The notes beneath the pieces are model-generated. The model saw only the letters and a list, made by a program, of their open reading frames with translations. It was not told where the DNA came from and did no database searches. This document shows positions 9,053 to 18,183 of a stretch of 64,000 nucleotides of DNA, piece after piece (the first letter of the stretch is position 1; each line of letters begins with the position of its first letter). Both the position numbers and the translations under genes were made by a program. Source of the stretch: an uncultured Candidatus Actinomarina sp. (GTDB lineage Bacteria > Actinomycetota > Acidimicrobiia > Actinomarinales > Actinomarinaceae); contig CACJJR010000001.1 in NCBI GenBank assembly GCA_902593795.1, positions 131,230-195,229 on the forward strand, given 5' to 3'.

Positions 9053-10219
9053 ATGGAAAATCAAGAATTTAATCGAACGCTTACTTTGAAAAGTTCTATC
9101 TATCTTGGTTTAAGTTCAATGATTGGTGCTGGATTATTTAATAATATTGCTCCTACTTCAAAAATTAGTTCCTATGGATCACTTATTGGTCTGTTAATAG
9201 CTTCTTCTTTGGCTTTTGCAAATGCCTCATCATCTGCTCAACTGTCCTCATTATTTCCAAGAACAGGTGGAACATATTTGTACGCAAAAGAGGTTTTAGG
9301 TAGACCTTATCACATTATCGCTGGTGCGGTTTTTATAATAGGTAAAACAATCAGCTGTATAGCAATAGCTTTAACAGTTGGGAACTATCTTTCGCCAGTG
9401 TATGGACGAGAACTTGGTGTAGTTTTATGTTTACTAATTTTTTTGCTAAGTTTCTCTGGGATAAACAAAACAGCGGAGATAGCAAAGTGGTTTGTTTGGA
9501 TTTTGTTTGGATTACTTATGTTTTACAGTTTTTCTATTATCTCAACATCAGGTGTTAATTATGCTATTCCAGTCTTTAACGATATCTCTTTCGACAGTAT
9601 TTTACTCTCTGCAAGTATTTGGTTTTTTGCTTTCACTGGATATTCAAGACTAGCTACGTTTGGTGAAGAAATTAAAAATCCTAAAGAAATAATTCCTACG
9701 GCAATTTTTACTGGACTTGGAATTACTGTTTTTTTATATCTAATTATTACTTGGTTAACCCTTTCTATTGTAAGTCCAGAAATTATTATGAATTCAAGCA
9801 CTCCGTTGCTCGTTGCAATGGATGTAAGTAGATTTTCAGAATTTACATTTCTGGTCATTTTTGCTTCTTCTATTGCTATGGTTTCTGTATTCCTAGCTCT
9901 AATGCCCGGCATAAGCAGAATATATGTTGCACTTTCTAGAGATAAAATACTCCCTCAGGGTTTCTCCAAAATTCACAAAAAATTTAACTCTGCTTACTTC
10001 TCAGAAGCTTTTGTTCTTATCTCAGTGATAATTGGAATTTACAGCTTTGATGTGGTGGGATCAATAAAGTTAAGCTCTTTTTTTATTTTGATATATTACA
10101 CAATTACAAATCTCTGTGTTATCAAATTAGATAAAGAAAACAGGCTTTACTCAGTGGGCATAGCTTATTATGGCTTTACGCTTTGTCTTGTTTTAGCAGT
10201 AACACTAGTAATTTTTTGA
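9053..10219 (+). CDS. APC-superfamily amino acid/polyamine permease
   Basis: 388 aa. It has an N-terminal LSSMIGAGLF block and about 11-12 hydrophobic segments typical of APC permeases. Confidence 0.65.
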   Translation: MENQEFNRTLTLKSSIYLGLSSMIGAGLFNNIAPTSKISSYGSLIGLLIASSLAFANASSSAQLSSLFPRTGGTYLYAKEVLGRPYHIIAGAVFIIGKTISCIAIALTVGNYLSPVYGRELGVVLCLLIFLLSFSGINKTAEIAKWFVWILFGLLMFYSFSIISTSGVNYAIPVFNDISFDSILLSASIWFFAFTGYSRLATFGEEIKNPKEIIPTAIFTGLGITVFLYLIITWLTLSIVSPEIIMNSSTPLLVAMDVSRFSEFTFLVIFASSIAMVSVFLALMPGISRIYVALSRDKILPQGFSKIHKKFNSAYFSEAFVLISVIIGIYSFDVVGSIKLSSFFILIYYTITNLCVIKLDKENRLYSVGIAYYGFTLCLVLAVTLVIF

Positions 10220-10280
10220 TAAAGAAACTGGGATTACTCCCGATTTGGTTTCTGTGATCTATAAAAATTTATGCTAAATG

Positions 10281-10335
10281 TTTCACAAATTATATTATTT
10301 TGTGAAATAAATATCACAATCTTGCACGGTTGTGA
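10281..10335 (+). promoter_or_regulatory. two tandem everted TCACA..TGTGA repeats (candidate transcription-factor operator) upstream of the SRPBCC gene
   Basis: TTTCACAAA (10281..10289) and TTTGTGAAA (10299..10307) form a perfect 9-bp inverted repeat with a 9-nt spacer. A second TCACA (10314..10318) and TGTGA (10331..10335) pair follows. Confidence 0.4.
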
Positions 10336-10458
10336 AAATAAAATTATAATTAATAGTGGTCAACCGCGTGTATGCGTTAAAAATCACTCAAATACACTTC
10401 CATAGTGGTTGACCTATGCTCAATTGAATATATAACCCAACGCATTTATTCTTAAGTA

Positions 10459-10950
10459 ATGCAGAGATTTAAATCCTCAAATAGTAAATTGTATAAATGC
10501 TCTAAGGAAGTTCTTTGGGAAACTATTTCATCACCAAATTACTTAAACAATACACATCCATATTGTGAAAATAATTCTGTAATTAACTGGGAAAAAGATA
10601 TCCATGAAGACAAACTAGTCTATCTAAATGGATTAACCTATAAAAGAAAATTTTCTTCTTGGAAACCGGGTGAAGGTTACGATCTCTGGATAGGAAGTAA
10701 TAATAGAAATCAGTCCTTTGTTGAATGGAGAATAAAAGAGGAAGATAGCGGGGTAAGACTTTCAATAACCGTGTACCCCTTTTTATTAAGCACCTGGCCG
10801 AAGATTCTTTCTTTTTTGCCCTATTTTTTATATATAAATATCAAATTAAAGTCGTATTTGAACTCAGTATTAAGTGGAATTGAATGGTTTATTGAGGAAA
10901 ATACTCCTGTACCCAGAAATAAATTTGGTAAACATAGTTGGTTTTCTTAA
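10459..10950 (+). CDS. SRPBCC (START/polyketide-cyclase-like) family protein
   Basis: 163 aa. The N-terminus (KCSKEVLWETISSPNYL) and the overall length and pattern resemble SRPBCC ligand-binding proteins. A hydrophobic C-terminal segment is present. Confidence 0.5.
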   Translation: MQRFKSSNSKLYKCSKEVLWETISSPNYLNNTHPYCENNSVINWEKDIHEDKLVYLNGLTYKRKFSSWKPGEGYDLWIGSNNRNQSFVEWRIKEEDSGVRLSITVYPFLLSTWPKILSFLPYFLYINIKLKSYLNSVLSGIEWFIEENTPVPRNKFGKHSWFS

Positions 10951-10951
10951 C

Positions 10952-11464
10952 TTAATGTTCTCTTGATCTAGAGGATTTTGACATTGTTTTTTCTAAGGAT
11001 CCATTTGCAAATATAAAAGACTCGACACTATCTACTAAGTGTTTTCCATTTTGTGATTTTTGCATAATTACATCAACAGTCATACCTTCATAGGGTGAGA
11101 TTAATGTTATTGAGTGCTGTCTAAATCTCTTCGAAGACTGGTCTCGACGTATTACATCACTAATCATGTTGCTAGACTCCCATGACCAATCTTCACCGAC
11201 GGAAACAAATTTACATATATGTTTTGTCTGTGACTTGTCTATTCTTGCTCCAGGGCAAACTAGCATAGAACCTTCAACCCAGGGGTTTAAACCTAATCCA
11301 TCTATCTTTGGGAAAGCAACATTAAAAGAGTCTTCAACTATTGCCTCTATATCACCTTTTTTAAAATTTCTTTCTTTAATGATCTCAGAAATTGTATTTT
11401 GAATTTTAAATAATGATTCTTCGTCTAAATTTTCAAGATTTTCCCTGTCCATAGTTATATACAA
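10952..11464 (-). CDS. hypothetical protein
   Basis: 170-aa ORF. It is convergent with the SRPBCC gene at a 1-nt gap. No motif was recognised. Confidence 0.5.
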   Translation of the reverse strand: MYITMDRENLENLDEESLFKIQNTISEIIKERNFKKGDIEAIVEDSFNVAFPKIDGLGLNPWVEGSMLVCPGARIDKSQTKHICKFVSVGEDWSWESSNMISDVIRRDQSSKRFRQHSITLISPYEGMTVDVIMQKSQNGKHLVDSVESFIFANGSLEKTMSKSSRSREH

Positions 11465-11485
11465 ACAGTGAGGTAAGACAAATTA

Positions 11486-11641
11486 CTATTCTTCTTCTAG
11501 AAGAAGTTTTTGACCTGCTGTTTGTTTTCCTCTTAAATCACGAATATCTACACGAATTACACCGATTACAAATATTGTGAGTGTACCGACCGGAAATAAC
11601 AGGATTAAGAATAACGGTGATGAAGTTAATGTATCTAGCAT
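11486..11641 (-). CDS. possible 51-aa single-TM micro-protein
   Basis: It is not in the ORF track because it is under 60 aa. The sequence is MLDTLTSSPLFLILLFPVGTLTIFVIGVIRVDIRDLRGKQTAGQKLLLEEE. No clear SD is present. Confidence 0.3.
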   Translation of the reverse strand: MLDTLTSSPLFLILLFPVGTLTIFVIGVIRVDIRDLRGKQTAGQKLLLEEE

Positions 11642-11691
11642 ATTTTTATCATAACAAATTTACATAGTATAATTAAATTGAGAGAGGAAAT

Positions 11692-11847
11692 ATGCAAAAA
11701 TTAGGATTGTACGCAAGCATGGTATCTGTAATAGCATCTGTGCTTATTTATATTGTTTTGGATGATTCTCAACTTGCGATCTATGTAGGTTTATGGGCTC
11801 CAACACTTATTCTTTATAGCCAGGCTTACGAACAAGCAAACAACTAG
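11692..11847 (+). CDS. probable 51-aa two-TM micro-protein
   Basis: The sequence is MQKLGLYASMVSVIASVLIYIVLDDSQLAIYVGLWAPTLILYSQAYEQANN. A purine-rich SD (gagagaggaaat) lies directly before the ATG. Confidence 0.5.
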   Translation: MQKLGLYASMVSVIASVLIYIVLDDSQLAIYVGLWAPTLILYSQAYEQANN

Positions 11848-11973
11848 TTCAGTTTACGTATAAATTAAACTGTTGTTAGTATTTGATTGTGAATAAAGTT
11901 GAAAAGAAATCATTTTTTGGATTCTTAGCTATTGCATTTGTTTTGCACATGTATCTTGTTTTAACAACACTCA

Positions 11974-12435
11974 TTGGTGGTTAAAAAAACTTTAATTCTT
12001 CTAATACTTCTAGTTTCTTGTTCTGGAAGCCAAACAGTTGTTGATGAACCTCCAAAAAGTCTTGATTCAGAAGAAGTTCTTAATTTAATATTTGATAGTT
12101 ATAAAAATTTTACAAGCAACCCGAAAAAAGCTGTTGATACAATCTGGGGATTTGCTCATGAAGATAATAAAGAGATTACGGGACCGAAAGAACGCTTTTA
12201 TCAAATGTTAATATCGGAGCCATACGACTCGATAATCGATTTAAAAGAATACTCTTATGAAGTTACATATGAAAATGAAACTAATATCCACTACGAAGTT
12301 AAAGTACTTGCAAAAACAAATAACTATTTTGTTATTACTTGGGTTTTTGAGAAAACAGAATGTCCTGATTCTGAAGAGCAGTGTTGGCTTACCATCGCTG
12401 TAACCGCTCCTGCATATTTTGAATCTGGTATTTAA
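11974..12435 (+). CDS. lipoprotein, function unknown
   Basis: 153 aa. It has the signal peptide KKTLILLILLVSC (lipobox LVSC). The start may be TTG at 11974 or GTG at 11977. Confidence 0.6.
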   Translation: MVVKKTLILLILLVSCSGSQTVVDEPPKSLDSEEVLNLIFDSYKNFTSNPKKAVDTIWGFAHEDNKEITGPKERFYQMLISEPYDSIIDLKEYSYEVTYENETNIHYEVKVLAKTNNYFVITWVFEKTECPDSEEQCWLTIAVTAPAYFESGI

Positions 12436-13065
12436 TTACTCATCAAGGCTATCAAGAGGATTTTCAGGCTGGCAAATTTCAAAAGCTTCCTGTACTTCCT
12501 CAGAGCTAAAATCAATATCAGCATCTCTGAAAGCAAAGAAGCCAAATTCTCCAGGTTTTGGATCCGGAAAATCTATACCTTGATCTCGCATGCATTGAGA
12601 AAACTCTAGAGAAGCATCTACCAAAGCTGCCTCGACTTCAGGATCTAGGTCAAACTGCTCTGGAAGTGCGTTTCTTAAAATATCTTCACAACTTTCAAAA
12701 GCATTCTCAAATTCTTCTTCATTTTCTATTTCTAGATTATCAAACTCAGGATTGCCATCAATATCAAATGTTGGGTCTGGAAAGTTAATTCCCTCTTCTC
12801 TCATACATTGTGCAAAATTAAGAACACCTTCTTCAAAAGTAGTTTCCTCATCAACGATGGTTGTTTGTGTTGTGGAGTCAATAGTCGCTACACCCTGTGA
12901 TTCTTCCCCTCCAATTGTGCATGCAGTAAAAACCGCAACGAAAAAAAGTAGTTTTACTTTCTTACTGCTTCTGCTGGTTGAATTTTTGATGCTTTTATAG
13001 CTGGATAAACACCAGAAATAGCTCCGATTAATAAAGCTAAAAGCACTGCTCCAAATATTTGCCAT
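12436..13065 (-). CDS. acidic Cys-pair-repeat lipoprotein, paralog 1 of 4 (start codon uncertain)
   Basis: It has the lipobox VFTAC, then two repeats: FAQCMREEGINFPDP...FESC and FSQCMRDQGIDFPDP...FEIC. The only in-frame ATG (13065) lies 112 nt inside the upstream permease gene. Confidence 0.6.
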   Translation of the reverse strand: MANIWSSAFSFINRSYFWCLSSYKSIKNSTSRSSKKVKLLFFVAVFTACTIGGEESQGVATIDSTTQTTIVDEETTFEEGVLNFAQCMREEGINFPDPTFDIDGNPEFDNLEIENEEEFENAFESCEDILRNALPEQFDLDPEVEAALVDASLEFSQCMRDQGIDFPDPKPGEFGFFAFRDADIDFSSEEVQEAFEICQPENPLDSLDE

Positions 13066-14138
13066 ACTGGTATTGAGAATACAATATTTGTGTAATTAGT
13101 ATAACCCAGAGTTATAGCCGCTCCGAGAAGCACCCCTACAAGACCTCCAATGCCTGACAAAACAATACTTTCTAATAAAAACTGGTAGCGGATTTCTCTT
13201 CTAGTTGCACCAATAGATCTTCTAACTCCAATTTCCATTCTTCGTTCAAGAACTGACATAACCATAACATTAGCAATAGCTACTCCTCCAACGAGTAGAG
13301 CAACTGAACCTAAGCCTAAAAGTAAATTTGTGAAAGCCTCTTCTGCTGCTTGTTGTGCTTCTAATGCATCTGAAGGACGTGTCACTTCAACTTGGTCTGG
13401 GTTTTCAGGATTCATAGACGGAGCAAGAACCTCTACAACATCTTCTATGAATGTTGGATTTGCCCTTAAATAAATAGTTGTTGGTTCCTCATCAATATCA
13501 AAAAGTGTTTTTGCTACGCCGTATCCAATAAACACAGACCTATCTAGGTCTGGATGGATCTTTAATTCTTCTAATATTCCAACAACACCAAACCATTCGT
13601 TTTCAATCATGATTCTTGTTGGTGTAGATAGATTGTTAATTCCTAATCTTTGAGCCGTTACACTGCCCAAAACTGTTACTGGAACATCAGATAATCCATC
13701 TTGTATAAAACGACCATCAGTAAGATTTCCACCTATTACATCCAAAAGTTCAGAACTTGTGACAATAGTTGAAATACCTCCACCTTCAAATTCTGAAATA
13801 AAGTTACTTCGCCTTACCAATAGGTCTGTTTGGGTTGTTGATGTAACTTCTTGAACAGGACCTATTCTTTCTACCATGCCTAAAACACCTGTAGGAAGTT
13901 TTTCTTGTGTTCCAAAAAAACCTGCCTGTGGTGAAGCTTTGACTAAATTAGTACCTAACGACTCTAAGGTGGAAAGAAGGTCAGCCCTACCTGAAGCAGA
14001 GATTCCGGATACTGCAACTATTGCTGCGATACCGATGCCTATACCTATCGATGTAAGAGTTGCCCGTCCTTTTCTTGCTCGTACTCCATATAAAGCAACA
14101 AAAAACAAGTCTCTGATCTTAAGCCTTTTTTTACTCAT
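12954..14138 (-). CDS. ABC transporter permease, FtsX/MacB type (4 TM plus a large extracytoplasmic domain)
   Basis: 394 aa. An N-terminal TM is followed by a ~230-aa soluble domain, then three C-terminal TMs with the FtsX-like block ERRMEIGVRRSIGATRREI. Confidence 0.8.
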   Translation of the reverse strand: MSKKRLKIRDLFFVALYGVRARKGRATLTSIGIGIGIAAIVAVSGISASGRADLLSTLESLGTNLVKASPQAGFFGTQEKLPTGVLGMVERIGPVQEVTSTTQTDLLVRRSNFISEFEGGGISTIVTSSELLDVIGGNLTDGRFIQDGLSDVPVTVLGSVTAQRLGINNLSTPTRIMIENEWFGVVGILEELKIHPDLDRSVFIGYGVAKTLFDIDEEPTTIYLRANPTFIEDVVEVLAPSMNPENPDQVEVTRPSDALEAQQAAEEAFTNLLLGLGSVALLVGGVAIANVMVMSVLERRMEIGVRRSIGATRREIRYQFLLESIVLSGIGGLVGVLLGAAITLGYTNYTNIVFSIPVWQIFGAVLLALLIGAISGVYPAIKASKIQPAEAVRK

Positions 14139-14818
14139 TGGCTTACTATTTTTCCATCAACTAATTCAATAACTTTTTTGAACATGCTTGCATGTTCTTG
14201 ATTGTGGGTAATCATTATTACAGTTTTTCCCTGATTATTTAGATCTTTTAATATATTCAAAATATTTAGGCCGGACTCCATATCTAAATTACCTGTTGGC
14301 TCATCAGCTAATACAAATGCAGGATCTTGAACAAGGGCCCGAGCAATTGCAACTCTTTGCTGTTGACCACCAGACAATTCTGTAGGCAGATGTGTCAACC
14401 TGTCTCCAAGGCCTACTTGCTCTAAAACTTCTTTTGCTTTTTCTAATCTGTTTTTTCTAGAAATTCCTTGATATAAAAGGCCTTCGGCAACATTTTCCTG
14501 TGCGGTTAAGCCAGGTAAAAGAAAGAAGCTTTGAAATATAAATCCAATTTTCTCACCTCTGAATTTTGAAAGCTCGTTGTCTGAGAGTTTTGATATGTCA
14601 TTACCTTCAATTTCTATAGAACCGTCGGTTATGCTGTCTAGTAGCCCGATCATATTTAAGAAAGTTGATTTTCCACTACCTGATTGACCGACTATTGAAA
14701 CAAAATCTCCTTCTTTAATTTCTAGTGAAACACCGTCTAATGCTCTTACAGGTGGTGGGCCTTCATATACTTTTGATATGTTGTTTATAGAGATTACAGT
14801 TTTTGTACTGGTTTTCAT
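14135..14818 (-). CDS. ABC transporter ATP-binding protein (MacB/LolD-like)
   Basis: 227 aa. It has Walker A GQSGSGKST, the signature LSGGQQQRVAIARAL, and Walker B FVLADEPTGNLD. Confidence 0.9.
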   Translation of the reverse strand: MKTSTKTVISINNISKVYEGPPPVRALDGVSLEIKEGDFVSIVGQSGSGKSTFLNMIGLLDSITDGSIEIEGNDISKLSDNELSKFRGEKIGFIFQSFFLLPGLTAQENVAEGLLYQGISRKNRLEKAKEVLEQVGLGDRLTHLPTELSGGQQQRVAIARALVQDPAFVLADEPTGNLDMESGLNILNILKDLNNQGKTVIMITHNQEHASMFKKVIELVDGKIVSQ

Positions 14819-16404
14819 CTTGGTACAACTACTATTTGACCCTCTGAGATATTTCCTTTTACTTCGACAAATCCATCAGTAAAAACCCCTATTTCAACTG
14901 CAACATAGCTAGTGTCTACACCAGATTCACCTTCAAATGTTCCACTGTCGAGCTCTCCACTATAAATTTCTAAAGCATAGCCACCCTCTGCTAGGGCAAG
15001 TAAAGCGTTTACTGGAACATATAGTACGTTTTCAGAAATCTCTGTTGTGACAAATACTTTTACGGGTGCTTGATCGTAGGCCTCAATCTCTTCTGGATTA
15101 AGGACTTCTAAGGTTACTTCTATAAACTCTCCTGCTTGAGTTTGTGTTACAACCTGATCTATAAAAGTAATAACCGTTGGTACTCTCTCGTCTGTTGGGA
15201 GTTCTATCTCAACACTATCGCCAAGAGAAACTGTTTCTTGATCTGTAGCATCCACTTGAAAGACAACTTCAATTCCAATAGAGGAAATGTTATAAAGAGG
15301 TGAATTTAACACAACAGCTGAACCTACGTCACTAATATAAGAACCTACAATTATTGGTGTTTTTGATGCATAAGCATTTGTAGGGCTAAAAGTTTCTGAT
15401 TTTGAAGCAAGCTCAAGTTCTTCAAGCTCTTCTTTTGCTTTTGCTAATTCGGCAGCTTGATCAACGCCTTCATTATAATTTTTGACTATATCATCATATG
15501 CTTTTTGTGCTGTCTCAATAGCTAAGGCTTCTGTTGCATCAATTCCCGACTCTTTTCCTTTTTCTAAATTTTGAATTCTTTTTTGTTCTTCTATTTTTTG
15601 TTCATAATCTTTAATTTCAAGTTCTACGACACCCGTCCCTTTCATTTTTTCAGCAGTAATAGGGTTCGTTGGGTCTTTTAATATTGCAATTTGAATTTCA
15701 TAATCTTCAATAAGCTCTTTTGCTTGTTGCCAAGCTGCATTTTCTTCAATAGCAGTTTCTTTGGCATCATCTAACTTCTTTTTCTTGTCATTAACTTGAG
15801 CTAGTGATGTTCCTCCATCAGCAATAGTGTCTTCAATATTTTCGACTTCCGTCTTTTTTAAATTAATAGCTACCTGTTCTGCTGGTGTAATTTCAGATTT
15901 TGTATCAATCTTGTAGTCAACATAAAGAGCATTGAGCATATTTGAAGTAGTTTCATCAAAAGTTTCATCGGGTATGAAGTCTTCTGCAGCATAACCCAAG
16001 AATACAAGAGCTTTTTCAAGTTGTAGCACATCAGGACCAGTGTCTGAGTTCAGATCTAAAGTTCTATAAAATGGTGTTGCTCCCTCAACTAAAATTACAG
16101 GTTTATTATCAACAGCAAAAAGTATTTCTCCAAAATTAATAATTGTTCCTTCTTTAGGGACTAATGTAACAACTCCTGACATTGGTGAGTTAAGAACCTT
16201 GCTGTCCGTCTGTCTTAATGTTCCGTTGTACTCTTCTTTTTTTGCTAAATCACCTTTTTGTATTGCAACAGTAGTTAGTTCTAAGGTTTTATTACTAGAA
16301 GATGTTTCTGCATTTTGGGTACCAAAGTAATAACCCCCATAAGCCAGGGCTGCTATAAAAATTAGCGTGTACAAGTTTTTTAATTTAAGTAAGTTTTTCA
16401 TCAT
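14815..16404 (-). CDS. membrane-anchored periplasmic-adaptor-like protein (HlyD/MacA-like) with a putative peptidoglycan-binding domain
   Basis: 529 aa. It has an N-terminal TM, the block GPDVLQLEKALVFLGY (PG_binding_1-like), a long charged coiled-coil region, and a beta-rich C-terminus. Confidence 0.6.
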   Translation of the reverse strand: MMKNLLKLKNLYTLIFIAALAYGGYYFGTQNAETSSSNKTLELTTVAIQKGDLAKKEEYNGTLRQTDSKVLNSPMSGVVTLVPKEGTIINFGEILFAVDNKPVILVEGATPFYRTLDLNSDTGPDVLQLEKALVFLGYAAEDFIPDETFDETTSNMLNALYVDYKIDTKSEITPAEQVAINLKKTEVENIEDTIADGGTSLAQVNDKKKKLDDAKETAIEENAAWQQAKELIEDYEIQIAILKDPTNPITAEKMKGTGVVELEIKDYEQKIEEQKRIQNLEKGKESGIDATEALAIETAQKAYDDIVKNYNEGVDQAAELAKAKEELEELELASKSETFSPTNAYASKTPIIVGSYISDVGSAVVLNSPLYNISSIGIEVVFQVDATDQETVSLGDSVEIELPTDERVPTVITFIDQVVTQTQAGEFIEVTLEVLNPEEIEAYDQAPVKVFVTTEISENVLYVPVNALLALAEGGYALEIYSGELDSGTFEGESGVDTSYVAVEIGVFTDGFVEVKGNISEGQIVVVPR

Positions 16405-16467
16405 TATTCCAATCAGATTAGTTTATTAAACCTGTAAGTTTTCTGAGAAATTATTTTATTAAATTTC

Positions 16468-17067
16468 TTAATCGTCCCATTCCTCGTCTTTTAATTCTTC
16501 TGGCATTGTTTCCTCGCAGGCCTGCCATGTCTGAACGATTGGATCATCTTCGCTAAAATCCCATTCTTCAGTTGTGTATGCATCAAGGTTCACATTTCTA
16601 TTAAAGTAATCGGGATCAGGAACCCTTGGATATCCATTCTCTCTAAAACACTTTGCAATAAAAAGAGAAGAGTCTAATTCTTTTGCCACTTGTGCAGGGT
16701 CTTCAAATTGATTTTCATCAGCAACACCCCATAAATTATATTTCAATGCACATTCCTCGATAATATCCCAAAGTTCTTCCGCTTCCTGTTCTGTTATTGT
16801 TTCAAAATAAGAAGCAATGGTTGTATAAAGGTCTAAGAAGTTTTTAGGTTCTTTAAATTTATAACCAGATTCATTTACACATTGAACAAGGACTAGTGGG
16901 GCATCTTCATCTGAGATTTCTTCTCTTTCATCTGACAACTCAACACCCAATGAAATTGCTTCTTTTCCTTTGTCAGTGTCAGCAACTGAAACAACAGATT
17001 TTTCTTCTTGTTGGAATAAAGAACAAGCTGTTAATAATACGAGTATTATTGAGGTTTTTTTATACAT
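16468..17067 (-). CDS. acidic Cys-pair-repeat lipoprotein, paralog 2 of 4
   Basis: 199 aa. It has the lipobox LLTAC. The repeats are LVQCVNESGYKFKEP...IEEC and IAKCFRENGYPRVPDP...WQAC. Confidence 0.7.
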   Translation of the reverse strand: MYKKTSIILVLLTACSLFQQEEKSVVSVADTDKGKEAISLGVELSDEREEISDEDAPLVLVQCVNESGYKFKEPKNFLDLYTTIASYFETITEQEAEELWDIIEECALKYNLWGVADENQFEDPAQVAKELDSSLFIAKCFRENGYPRVPDPDYFNRNVNLDAYTTEEWDFSEDDPIVQTWQACEETMPEELKDEEWDD

Positions 17068-17092
17068 ATAAAATTATAAATAATATGTAGTT

Positions 17093-17683
17093 TTATCCTC
17101 CACCTTGCTGTGGTGGTTCAAGTCCGAGATCGTCAAAGCATTCTCCAGCAGCTTCTCTAACTTGGTCTTCTAAATATTGCCCAGACTGCACTAATCCAAC
17201 AAGTATTGGTCTAAGGGGTCTGTCTGCACTAGGGTCTTCAACCTCTATGCCTTTTCCTCTTAAGCATTGAGCAAATTCAAGCTCTGTATCAAGCCTTTCT
17301 GCAACATCTTCTGGATTCTCAAAGTCTGCGTTGTCTCCCAAAGGAATATTGTTTTCTTCTGCACACATTTGTATAGTCTGAAAAAGCTCTGTTCTTCCTC
17401 TTTCATCAGCTGCAATAAAGATCGGAGTTAAAACACTTCTTAAACCTTCATCGTTCTTTGGATCTTGAACGTCGTATCCGTTATCCCTTAAGCACCTAGC
17501 TAACAAAAGCTCAGCATCTTCAGGTGATAAAGTTTCTTCGACAACATCTTCTACGATAGTTGTTACCGTTGCGACAGTCGATAAGTCTTCTGTGGAAACT
17601 ACACCTTGTGAGTCATCTGACGAGGAGCACGCAGAGATAAGAACAAATATAAGTAATAAGAAAATGTTTAAGTATTTTTTCAT
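17093..17683 (-). CDS. acidic Cys-pair-repeat lipoprotein, paralog 3 of 4
   Basis: 196 aa. It has the lipobox LISAC. The repeats are LARCLRDNGYDVQDP...IQMC and FAQCLRGKGIEVEDP...AGEC. Confidence 0.7.
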   Translation of the reverse strand: MKKYLNIFLLLIFVLISACSSSDDSQGVVSTEDLSTVATVTTIVEDVVEETLSPEDAELLLARCLRDNGYDVQDPKNDEGLRSVLTPIFIAADERGRTELFQTIQMCAEENNIPLGDNADFENPEDVAERLDTELEFAQCLRGKGIEVEDPSADRPLRPILVGLVQSGQYLEDQVREAAGECFDDLGLEPPQQGGG

Positions 17684-17687
17684 AATT

Positions 17688-18128
17688 TTAATTGTTTTCC
17701 CTTATTGAAATTAAAAAGAAAATTAAAGTCACTAAACCTATCAAGGGAGAGAGCGCTCCCGGAGGATCTGCACTAATGATTAAAGACTTATAAAAACCAA
17801 TTCCTGCTCTGAATATGTTTTCTAAAGCAATAATTAACAACATAAGCGGAATAAGCTCTCTAATTTTTAAAACAACCAGAAGCAAAATGCAAGTTAAAAC
17901 TAGCTGTGAAAAACCCCACTGTGCAAATATTGAAACAATGTTGTTTGCAGCTTCTGGTGAATAACTACTTAGTGGAATGCCCGCAATAGATTCAGCTCCA
18001 CCATCTTCAGCAAATATGTGTTCAAGGCTTCTAAATAAGTTGAACCCAACTAGTAACCAACAAAAGTAGTAGATAAATTTGTTACTTGGAATTTTATTTT
18101 CGATTGTTTCGGGTATTAATTTTTTCAT
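17688..18128 (-). CDS. small 4-TM membrane protein, function unknown
   Basis: 146 aa with four hydrophobic segments. It sits between lipoprotein paralogs 3 and 4. Confidence 0.55.
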   Translation of the reverse strand: MKKLIPETIENKIPSNKFIYYFCWLLVGFNLFRSLEHIFAEDGGAESIAGIPLSSYSPEAANNIVSIFAQWGFSQLVLTCILLLVVLKIRELIPLMLLIIALENIFRAGIGFYKSLIISADPPGALSPLIGLVTLIFFLISIRENN

Positions 18129-18183
18129 AAAGTGTTTCTATGTTTTTAGTTTCTTTATTTTTTTTATTATACAAATCTAATAC

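Noticed and set aside
12558-13000. Two plus-strand ORFs (12558..12788 and 12752..13000) opposite lipoprotein paralog P1.
   Set aside because: They are antisense to a gene supported by four-fold paralogy. No motifs were seen.
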